A stretch of DNA of 64,000 nt from Ylistrum balloti. Taxonomy: Eukaryota. The translations under genes and the position numbers were made by a program. Numbering within the stretch: the first letter of the stretch is position 1; the number at the start of each line of letters is the position of its first letter. The notes below the pieces were generated by a model, which saw only the letters and a program-made list of their open reading frames with translations, had not been told where the DNA came from and searched no databases. The stretch covers positions 248,001 to 312,000 of the forward strand of contig NW_026782492.1 of the NCBI RefSeq assembly GCF_031769215.1, given 5' to 3'. Of this stretch, positions 25,694 to 36,748 are shown piece by piece.

Positions 25694-25871
25694 AGATGAT
25701 GTGTTGAACTGATAACCTTCGACCCATGATAAAACTGACTCCAGATGATGTGTTAAACTGATAACCTTTGACCCCTGATAAACTGACCCCCCCCCCCCCC
25801 CAAAAAAAATGATGTGTTGAACTGATAACCTTTGACCCCTGATAAACTGACCCCAGATGATGTGTTGAACT
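25694..25871. repeat. 48-bp tandem repeat (~3.5 copies) spanning the exon-2 splice donor, with a C15/A8 homopolymer insert
   Basis: Seen: agatgatgtgttgaactgataacctttgacccctgataaactgacccc. The last partial copy is exonic. Confidence 0.9.
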
Positions 25872-25971
25872 GGTCCTGTAGTTGTTGGTAGATGTTATGA
25901 AACTGACTGAGCGGCTGTCCATCACTGTTTTCCGTTTCCTCCAAACCGCTGTCCGGAGGCTGAGGGTCCTC
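25852..25971 (-). CDS. CUT-class homeobox gene, exon 2
   Basis: Seen: tttcatttgttttatatag| acceptor and GGG|gtcagt donor; 120 nt, phase 0-0. Reads EDPQPPDSGLEETENSDGQPLSQFHNIYQQLQDQFNTSSG and joins exon 3 in frame. Confidence 0.8.
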
Positions 25972-27409
25972 CTATATAAAACAAATGAAAAGAGAAATGT
26001 TTATAAACTACCTTAGGGTATAGTTTTTTGTATGAAAACTTTTAGATAAAATATAATCTGTTGTGAGGAAGGTAGGTAAATAACATTTTGAAACATGTAC
26101 ATATATATGTTCTTGATGTTATTTATTTTATGAACCTAGCACAGTTACTATATCTTTGTATCTTGTAAAATAATCCCAGAAGTGAAGACAAACTTTGACC
26201 TCAAAGAAGGCAGCAGGCTGATTACAAGACAATCCATGAAATAATATTTGTTAACATTTTAATAAATTGCAATAGACATGAGTGGACTTATTAGCAGGTA
26301 TGGGGTAATTACTGGATGAATATGGTATGTACGGTAGTGATCTCTAACACGTCATCCACAAGGCTGAAACTTTAATTTTAGTAGTATTGATTAAAATAAC
26401 AACACTTTGTCTCCTAACAAACAGCTAGCTGTTCTACATCTCTCTTTACACTCCAATTTGTTTTTCTCCCTCTTACTCTCTCTCTCTAAAACATCTGGTT
26501 TTTAATATAAGTTAAAGGTTTTTTTGGGTTTTTTGCCCTACTAACAACACTTGTACAAATTTGTATATACATGTATTCAACCTGTGCCACTATTATTTAT
26601 TTATGATAGATCTTGCAAAAAGGAAAGTAATTTATACTAATACATGCACCCTGAATGATATCATAACATCTTTCCAACAAATTTCGGGATTACTAATGCA
26701 TGGTACAGCCTAGTACAGATTCTGGATCTGTACATTACAGGGCTTTATTAGGAAAATACATTACTCACCAACTTACCAACCCTCTACCTAATCAATACAT
26801 ACATATGTAAGTCTATATTACGAGCATCATTTGTATATACTACTATAAGGTGGAACAGGTGTTTGTTATGTTACCAGTCTACATTTCCAGCAGCTCTTAC
26901 AGTAAACAGCATGCTAGTTTCCTGTACTGAAATACTGCAGAAAAACGAAACCTATCAAGTACCATTCACCAAATTAGGTGAAATTAATAGGCAGAAATTT
27001 AATGCTACCATATTAGATCTTAAACTCAAGCCAGATAGGCCATAATTATATAATAAAGCTGATATAGTAGAACCCAAAACCACAAGTCCCAAGTATAACT
27101 GTGACAATAAATAAATGTCATTTTACACAATTTCTAAATATGTTTATCCTTCCAGGTTAATTGATATTTGTACAAATTTTGTACCATTATACATTGCAAT
27201 ATAGCAAGGAAACCAAGAAATGAAGTGTTATTTATCAGCCTAACAAAACAAAATCTTTTTTCCTCAAGGGGATAGGGGGTGGGATTCTTGTTCTGAACCC
27301 AAATAAATGTTTTCACTCCTAGCAACTTCCATCCATATTTAGGGAATCTTACTGGAAATACAGGTAAGATAAATGATATTACATTACCATTGATGAATTT
27401 ATGTTTCAG

Positions 27410-27503
27410 GGTGTGGTGCAAAGGTCAATGTCAAAGTCACCATTTATAGTATATTTGTATTGTGGTAGGTCAGGGGCATTCAAGTCTTACAGACATCTCT
27501 AGT
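27410..27503. mobile_element. Terminal remnant of a dispersed non-autonomous repeat (second copy near 63290-63400)
   Basis: Seen: aggtca..gtcaa.gtca...gggcattcaagtcttacagacatctctagtt here, and gggcattcatgtcttacagacattttatagtt at ~63370-63400. Confidence 0.55.
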
Positions 27504-28415
27504 TACATCTCAAAACGTATATCTAAAAATGATTTTCTTCTGTTTTTTTTTAAATTCTATGATTTTAACACCACCTTGATTTTGCATTAAATAAATCTAC
27601 TTATGGTATACTGATTTTAATGTATGTATGAATTTGTGGGTTAAGCCTTTAAACACATGAAATCAATGCAAACAAATCCTACACAAAAATTAATGGTTTC
27701 ACAAAATGTCACAAGCGTAATATACCCTAGAGCATTTTTCATTGGCTGCAAAAGTCAGAAATTGATTGTGATGTAATAATATGGACAATGATGTTTCCTT
27801 TACAAACTACAGTAACTTAACTCCTCCCAAGGAGGAACCACAGTTTTGGTAAAACACCTTATAATTAAGACCCTTCCATCCATGGGGCCTCAGATGATGA
27901 TTTTTTAAACTTCAATACATTAGGCCCCTGTTGCCCCAACCCCGTTGCCCCTCCCCAACAGGGACAGGTGGTTCACTATTTGTGTTCCTGATCACCTTCA
28001 GCCATGGAAGGTTTCTACCTTGTTTACAGCCAGCTTTTGATCAGGTACGTTGTAGCATGGTTGTCATATCTATCTAACGAAACACAAGCCCATGCCTGGT
28101 AATATGCCCATCCATATCTATTGATGTTGAGCAAAAAATACAAGCAAATGCTATTCTGTTGTCCTGCAATAAGCCTGGAAACCAGCACTTGACATAGAAA
28201 TAACCAGACTATCTGTGTTCACCCTATCATAGTTAGGTTACAAGTACAGGTACTACATGTGGTCGACCTCATCAAGACCAGTCACCTGTATGTGTCAGCT
28301 GTCAATCAAATGATCACCTTTAATCTCTATGTTAATACATACCACCTGTATACCAGTATGTAATAAAGCTAGTGTCAGCAGCTTCATAATTTACTTTTTA
28401 TAAATAAAAAAAAAG

Positions 28416-29080
28416 AAACAAGAGGCCCAAGGGGCCTTTATTGTCACCTGGCTAATTTTGCTATTCAGACATTTAATAAAGAATTCAAAATATGACAAAC
28501 AATTTCTAATATAATTTCCCATAAGGTCTTGCCCATGTGGTCAAACAGATCAGAATCACTATCCATAGAAATTGCTTCAGAACGAACTTGGACAATATCC
28601 TTGTATGGCAGAGGTACTTTTAAGAACTTATCTTTCTCCAACTGAGCCCACCAATCCTTCCCTAGCACTTAGTCCCTTTCACCCAACAATGCTTCAGACT
28701 CAATTTCATCAAAATCCAATCATTCCTACAGAAGGAGTAGGATTTTTAAAGAATTAGCTACATCAACCATATTGGACCTTATCCCACAGGCAACAGGATG
28801 CTGAGACCTACCATTTACACAAAATGGCTCCCCTTCACCCAACAATGCTTCAGACTAAATTTGGACAAAATCCATGAATTCCTACAGGAGGAGAAGGGTT
28901 TTAAAGCATATTCTCTATTATCCATATTGGGTCCTGTCCCTCAGGTTCCAGGGGGCCAAGACCTACCATTTATACCAAACATTCCTTTCACCTAACAATG
29001 TTTCAGATCAAAAGTTGCAGATGGATGACAGATGTCGCAGCATGCCATAAATCGGTCCTTCTGGACAGGTGAGCTAAAAA
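28416..29080 (+). mobile_element. Non-autonomous Helentron/HINE-like element in intron 1 of the homeobox gene, with ~155-bp internal repeats
   Basis: Seen: starts aaacaagaggcccaaggggcc (GGCCC-aag-GGGCC hairpin). Subterminal inverted repeat TCACCTG (28444-28450) / CAGGTGA (29066-29072), then gctaaaaa. The internal cacc(c/t)aacaatg motif occurs at 28680, 28836 and 28989. The class call is inference from known bivalve elements. Confidence 0.65.
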
Positions 29081-30527
29081 TTTCACAAAAATATTTAATT
29101 TGCACAATAATGAATGCTGTTTGTTTATTTAATTTTCATTAAGTTTATCCCTTCTGAACAACCACTTTGGTAGTTTAAAGTCAGTGTCTCCTAAGCAGCC
29201 AGGGACTGCTTCACTGCATGAACATCAACCATATCTATTTTCTAGAATATTTCAGTAAAGGGTCTTGCCTAAAGTTAAAAACACATAGTGCACTTGGTCA
29301 GTGATTTCAGAATTTTTCGAGAAACACAAAAAAAAAAAAAAAAAATTGGAAAATTGTATAAGGAAACCAAAAGCCTTAAGTCTTCATCTGGGGTTAGCAT
29401 AGTGTGATGTTTATCTACAATGCTAAGGTGACAGCTATAATAATACATAGGATTACTAGTAGAAACAGTGCATGTAATATGTAATATTATGAGAGGATGT
29501 CACATGTAAATGCACTTGACAATACATGTACAATTTGAATTGGTGTTTAAATGTAATCATATTCTACCATCATCTCTGGTCAGCTGGTTTACCAGGGTAA
29601 CATTAAATATGTTATAATGCACCCCAGCTGGGTTCACTCACAAAAATATGACCAATTGTATTCAGTATAGAGCAGTAAATTAAAGTGCATGTAGGCCAAG
29701 GAACCGTTTTGCACAATAATTGTTAAACTAATGTCATGTAATTACATCTCAGTCTGAGCTGAAATAAAACAAATACTGGTTTGAATTAAATAAAATATCA
29801 TCTGAACTGTTGATGCGATAAAAAGTAGTTTAAGGTTTTTGAATACATTTTTCAATATGTCTACTTTCATTATCAAATTGAGAACAAATAAATAGTTTGA
29901 ATCTATTTGGTCAAATGTATGTTACATACAAAACAGCTGTTCAGAAATATCTGTTGAAATCCTCTGAATAGTTATGAACCTTAGCTTGCTAACATGAAAA
30001 TTCTTTTCAAATACAACCCTAAATTTTAATTTCATAACCCTCAGTTTGTATATAGGTTGTTGTTATGGTATACAAGCATTTAAAAATTACATATCTACAG
30101 TTCGACTACCAGCAGAATACAAGAAAACTTCTAGACAGCTAGATATACATATGTATATATATACAGTTTTGTATATGTGTACTGTGTGAACTGAAATTCA
30201 TCATATCAACACACAACATTAAAGTTGTCGCATTTATTTCTGTCATTATTTATAATTATTTCATTCATTTATTCATTCATTATACTAATTAAGATTAACT
30301 TAAAAATACAGCTCACTTTGAAACACGGATGTGTATACGTCTGATACGATAAAGAAAGTGGATGTTTCACATGCTTATGACCAAGTCTTCTAGCTACCAG
30401 CTGATCAGCCCAGTACAAGGTAATAATATTTGGGGCTCAAGAGAGGGGTATTTCGGCATGATAATTGGTCTAAAGCCAAGTTAAACGTAAAGGTCACTCT
30501 CTATAAATATTTCCGATATATACTTAC

Positions 30528-30617
30528 CTCCATCGCTTGTTCCTTCATTTGAGAAACTTGCTGAACCCAAGCAGCAGTTCTTTCCAGGGTATCAAGGTTT
30601 ATTTGAGTATTTTCCAT
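30528..30617 (-). CDS. CUT-class homeobox gene, exon 1 (first coding exon, ATG)
   Basis: Seen: ATG at 30617 with an in-frame TAA 7 codons upstream. Reads MENTQINLDTLERTAAWVQQVSQMKEQAME, then |gtaagt; 90 nt, phase 0 matches exon 2. The four exons give ~403 aa. Confidence 0.75.
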
Positions 30618-30899
30618 TCTGCTGTCGTGGTTGTTTTAGATACCCTGTCGGAGGCCCCTCTTTGTACCTACTGACACGGAATATTCACTCCACTTTGATG
30701 TTGCCGCTCCGTCCGTATAGGTATATATTGTTACTTATACAGGCAATATATGTTTATCCAGTGTATGGTACGTAGATCCTAATATCCACAAATATCAAAA
30801 CACCATGGTGAAACTTGAATTATGTCGTATCGTCAGCCAAACGTAATGTTTTCCCATGAACTTCTTGGTCGCATGACAAGTAAACACCACACACAATTT

Positions 30900-31140
30900 G
30901 TTTTCTGTGTCTCCCACAAGGTGGGGCCGTATTCCGGTGGTGAGCGTCCCTGTTCGGTGATACTGGCCCCGAGGGAATGGCGCTCGTCAGCCAATCAGAT
31001 TCAGTCAATCGATCATACTCAATCACAATCAATCACCAATCAAGCGGCCTCGCGAGAGCGCGCGCCCCACTCATACAACGCCATAGCGTGTCGTGACAGG
31101 CTAGGCTAGTGTGTAGGGCACAGCAGTTTGATTGATCGGG
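30900..31140. promoter_or_regulatory. CpG-rich promoter region upstream of the homeobox gene: CCAAT/CAATC cluster and CGCG element
   Basis: Seen: local CpG enrichment, six CAATC within 30992-31041 (two are CCAAT), and cctcgcgagagcgcgcg at ~31048-31064. Established: CCAAT is the NF-Y box, and TCTCGCGAGA-like motifs are promoter elements. Function here is inference. Confidence 0.6.
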
Positions 31141-32324
31141 AAGGTTTTAACCGTGGAACGTGTGACTCGAATAGCTGATGAACAGTATATTATATTTTAC
31201 CCAGTGATATATTAGACGTGGAAAAACTCCACAATTCTGGATTTTCAGTTGATATACATGTAGTTTTGCACATATACTTACATAACTGTACACAACGTAT
31301 GAAAAGTCAGTTTCTTAAGATGAATAAATGATATACTAAATGTGTGTTGTAAATTTCATTACGTGTACATTCCCCCCCCCCCCCCCACCCCCAACGAAAT
31401 TCATGAGAAATTCAGAGAGTAGAAACTTGAACAAAAGTGAATAGCACCTATTTAATACAATTACATTGAATAGAGCCAAACAATTATGCTGGGGACCTGA
31501 ATTTGAAGCCGGCGTAGCGATTGATTATGCAGGTTATGGCAAATCTCGAGGACTAAAATTCCACCAGCAGTGTTTACCACTGGTTGTCTGGAATATTGTA
31601 CAAAAACAGAAATGAATTGCACCTTTTAATACAAATGTGGAGCCAAACAATTAATTAAATTGAGTCATACAGCTGTTACGTCCTTCTAGCACTCGTTAGT
31701 GATGCTAAGGGCCAAAATACTGAAGCCCAGGAAGTGATTGAGGTGAACACAAAGCGACCGAAAAATTGTCAAAACCTAGATGTTTATAAATCATATCGCA
31801 TTCCTTACAAAGAAGTTGGCAATTCTTCTGATATAGATCAATGTTTACATATGTAAGTAAGTAATTTAATATGTATCTCAATTCATATCTGTGTATTGTA
31901 TACACAATATATTTCAAGTTGTTTCTAAATTAAAATAGATTGATCCAGCTGATGTGAATGGTTTCTCTCTAGATAAGTTATTTTGATACAAAGATTAAGA
32001 AATGTTACTGTCATTCTCAGTTTACTACCCAGTCAGCGCATAGGGCACCCGTGTCCGGATGTCGTTTCACCGACGAATGACAGTGTTCTGGCGACATGGA
32101 TGTTTTGGTGACGTAATGATAAATGCGACGAAAAAAACAAACAAAACCAAAACGAAAATGTCACAGTGCAAATAGTGTACTCTTGTTTAAACATATTTTA
32201 TTGCCATTAAACGGATTCAGTAGCACAAGTTACAATAACATCATTAACACCCTTTCCTTTAGAAAAAAAATACATATATACATTTGAAGATGGCCCAAAA
32301 TAATTATATACATATTATTTTTAA

Positions 32325-32327
<3 letters not shown>

Positions 32328-32396
<69 letters not shown>
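32328..32396. repeat. (GA)n microsatellite, ~34 units
   Basis: Seen directly. It produces the spurious SLSL ORF 32230..32412. Confidence 0.98.
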
Positions 32397-32400
<4 letters not shown>

Positions 32401-35042
32401 CTGGAATTTCATGGCTAAATAAATACATTCTTACATAATACATCTGAAATATATCTTACACTATATTTTACATTTAACCGCACCAGCTGAATCATGCTAT
32501 CACACAACACAAGCATGCACGTAAGCCATGAAAATTAGGACACAAAATTAAACTAATTGGAAAGAAATAATGATGCGATTTCATAGAGAGATACAAGAAC
32601 GTGGAACGTGACCTATCTAAAACCGGCGAGTACTCAATATGTATACTTTACTCTCAGTCAAGGTCAAGGTTACAGATGTAGGTAATGAGTATAATTATCT
32701 AATTTTTGTAATATCGAATTAAATCACTACCTGTTATTTTCTTTCTAATTTCTAAATACACTGCAGGCAGAACAAATTAGTATAAATAAAGTTCGTCCTC
32801 AATATTGCCTGTGTTACAACCCGTACATTGTCGTGGTTATCATTATAATGACCAGAATCTATATTAGGTGTGTGACATTGCATTCGAAATTGATGGAATA
32901 ATTGTTTGATAATATTATTGGTTTAACTAGATTTAACTGCTACTGAAATGTACCGACCTAATGTTTGTTTTGTACACGTTGTCGTATCCAAATATAGTAA
33001 TACACAGTCTACATAATTCGCGCTTAATTTGATATACCAAATTATTTTTACAATTTGACTTCCTGACATTCAAATCGAATAGTACACTTAATATATATTT
33101 ATACGTATTTAGAACTTTTATCGAATATTTCCTCACAGCAATTTTACGTTATACATGCAATGAATACCTTAAGGTGTCAAAATATCTGTAACAATATTCT
33201 CTCTAGAACTCCATGCAGATAAACATGTATTTAATATGGAAGTAAACATTTTGACTAACTTCATATTCCTCCGAGGAATACCGGGTACTTATTATCATTA
33301 TCTCCCCTGTTTATGTAAAGGTTTAATGACTCCATGTGCCCATGATTCAGGAAAGTATTCTGTCTGTAACATAGATTTAAACATCATTTAACAGGTAAAA
33401 AATGTCCTGATATCTAATTAAATATTCGTTAATAATCATATTAATACCTATAGATTTTCTGCTAGATAAATCCTTAATCACATCCGTTACTACCTCAAGA
33501 CTAAAATTACATCAGGGTACATCAGGGTATACATATTCAATATAATTTTCTTTCAAAATACCATCCTCATCCCTCGGTAAACGATAGACTCTTAAAGTAT
33601 TGGAAAAATCAAAGTGCTTTCTAGGTGGAGCGTCTATTGTCCTTCCTTACATCCGTTACATGTCAACATTCTCAGAACTATGTGGCGTAGACTCATTACT
33701 TGGCTTAGAGGTTCCAGAAGCACGACTGTTTGTGAAAAGAAATGACCTTGACCCATATCTATAGTAAAATTTAATCTTTAACTCCAATGTCATCTGATAA
33801 GCTATGAAATAAAAGAAACTCATAAAAATATATCGCCAACATGTTCCTGGAATGTGAAACACAGTCAAGTTGCTATTTTCGAAGTGCCTTTTTATGAAGA
33901 CTTATAGACAGTTCCGCTTCTAACACAGGGCTATCTGGAATCATGCATTTGTTTTGTTTGTTGTTTTGCGTGCGTTTGTTTTTCCTTAAATGAACTTCAA
34001 TGGCTGTCTTCTTTCCTTCCCTGTAATGCTAGAAATATTGTTAATTGATACTGGTGTTCACCCCTACTACAGATATTCATGTAGACATATTCGTTGGTTT
34101 ATGTTTAGTTCTTTATAGAGTGTTTACACTAAAGATAACTAGGAATACTGATGATTTTGAAGTAAAAAACAACTATGCTAACAGGCCAATTTCGTTATCA
34201 GTCTCACGTTGTATTCATAGTTGGAATGTGTAGACCGAGGTCAGCGAGGAGTCGGCATATTGATCATAACGAGACCATTCGGTGAGTGACTAGCTACATC
34301 AATTGACCAGAAAAAAAGGAAAAGAAAAGAATGACCGCTAGTCGTATGGAATGTCTGCAGACACGCCTGTAATCAGTCTTTATCCTGACCAATACATCTC
34401 CAGGGCAGATCAATCGGACTTTAATGGTAAATTAACCAAGAAAATATCTCGGTTCACTGTAAGCTGCTTGTGGAATTACTTACAGCAGTTTCACATTCTC
34501 TTTCATTTCCATCTCATTTAGAACTCAAGCCCATTGCCAAATTACATCAGCTAACAAGGTGTTTTCAGTTTAATTTTTCGTTCGTTTTTGCTTTATTTTT
34601 GTTTGTGAGCTACCGAGTGACACTATCAGGGGTTGAACTCTATTTCTTTTTTTTCATATGTAGACTTGTACAGGCAACGGAATATTAGACCCTGTCTTGT
34701 GGGGTTTACGAAGATTGGCACGAGGTTTTCAGTATACTTCGTCAAAGCCTCGCTAAAATTTAAAGTTCTTCGCCTCGTTTCATAATTCTTAATCCTATAT
34801 CTATCATTTGATTGTCCCATTAATTGTTGTTAATTAATTCTTAATCCTATATTTATCATATGATTGTCTCATTACTTGTTGCATGTCTTTGAAGACATAA
34901 GCTACCAATAGGTGATAAAACTGATTCAGTGTACCACAGGGGCTCGATTTCGGGATTTGAGTAGGAGGCCTGATACACTGAAAATCCGGCTTTTGTATGC
35001 AATTGTACGTCCTATTTCAATAAATGTACATCAATATTAGAT

Positions 35043-35434
35043 TTATAAGGTTTTGGAATGTGTATCAACGCGGCTATTAATGTTGCCATTCAAAATTCTG
35101 AGCCCGTACTTATGTGAAGTGTACCTACCTAGTGCGCTGCGAAAAGCGTTCGAACAGAACAAAATGGAGAGCTCGTGACAAAGAAACTGTTCGTCTCGGC
35201 GACAATTACTTCTCAAAAATACGTCAGGATGTACATCCCTGGAAAAGTACTGCATGGATACCGTCTGATCTTGTCTATGAGACCCGTCAGGACCAGAATC
35301 GTTATCAATCAAAACATTGTCTAAGTCCTCGATCTTATAGCGCAACACTTTTGCTGTCAATAACACTGATAATAGTATAAAAACCAGAAATAACGCAAAA
35401 ACAGGCTGCACTTATCGGCATAGACGTCCGCCAT
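35043..35434 (-). other. Possible small membrane/secreted protein ORF, frameshifted relative to its likely ATG
   Basis: Seen: the 122-codon ORF begins with GTG right after an in-frame TAA and has a hydrophobic stretch VFALFLVFILLSVLLTAKV and three Cys. An aaaaATGGCGGAC start at 35434 (MADVYADK) is one base out of frame. No family recognised. Confidence 0.3.
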
Positions 35435-36748
35435 TTTTTCCTCCCAATATGTCGTCTGCAATTAAATGATAAATAACGTCATCAACCCTTACCTATTTTC
35501 CACACAGATGACAGACATATACTTTTACATTAGCCGCACTAAATAGCCAGGGATAGTGCGAGAAATGTTGTGACTACTGCAGACTGGTATTATTCGGGAA
35601 AGTGCGTTAAAATGTATGGGTGTATTTTTGTTGCAGTTTTTCAAACGTCACGTTGATATTAGGTGAAAATGGGTGAATGGAATGTGGCGCATTGGTAGCA
35701 TGTGGGAAAATGCGTGATTGCGAGGTGGTACATTGTAGTTTACGTGAAATACGTGGTTGCTAGCAGTCAAACGCAGTATATTATTCATGACGGTGCGTCT
35801 TCGCAGTGTTTTAAAATTTAAAGTTTTTTTAAAGTTTATCTCTCGGTGTAATTTATTCACTAGAAATTGTTCAGAAGCATGTCGTATGTAAAAGAAAATA
35901 TAGTTGACATAAACTATATACAGGTGGTTTAGTTTAGCGTAAAATATTCAGTAATACCCTAATGTTTGAAAACACTTTCGTTTGTTTTTCCATTCATGTG
36001 AGAGTACTGCTGGTGAAATACCGAATGGGGTCATTTAGTACACGTTTCACTCTAACCGGAAGAGTTGTGACGAAGCACTGCAGTGTATGTAATTATGATT
36101 AATTGGTTCTCGTTATAGGTATGAAATGAAAGTGATGTGTATAATCTTATAATTTATCCGTTTAATTTTTCCAATAGCATGCTATATGCTGAATTAATGA
36201 AAGTAAACAAGACTGGATTTACACACTAGCTTTTTTTTTTTTTTTTTACTTTTGTAGTGTAACAAACCGTAGACTGCACAACAAAACAGACTTATGTAAT
36301 ATACTAGAGAGCAAGGCAGTGTCATGGCATAAAATTACATATGTACATCAATTATCAGCACTTAAAATACATTTAGTTACATCGACTGGTACTGCTCAGA
36401 TCATTTCAAAGGGACATGATTCAAATTGCAAAATCTCACTTTTTCATATTCATGGTCAAAAATAGAATGTCTATCCAGACTGTATTAAACGCTAAGGCCA
36501 AATTTATTATTGCATTGAATTCACAATTACAAGATGTCAAACAGTTCGAGGCTAGAAGGGGATCAAGAATTTCGGAAAAGAATAGGAGAGATGTGCGGGG
36601 ACCTTTTTTTCAAATCGACCCAAAAGAAATGAATAAATAAACCCGCTTAACGATAAGATTTAGTATAGTCAATGTTGCAACAACGTTTGTCTCACACCAG
36701 TAATATTGTTATATTCCAAGCTAAGTCATTCAATAAGTTCACAACAAT

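Noticed and set aside
32230-32412. SLSLSL ORF
   Set aside because: It is a translation of the (GA)n microsatellite.
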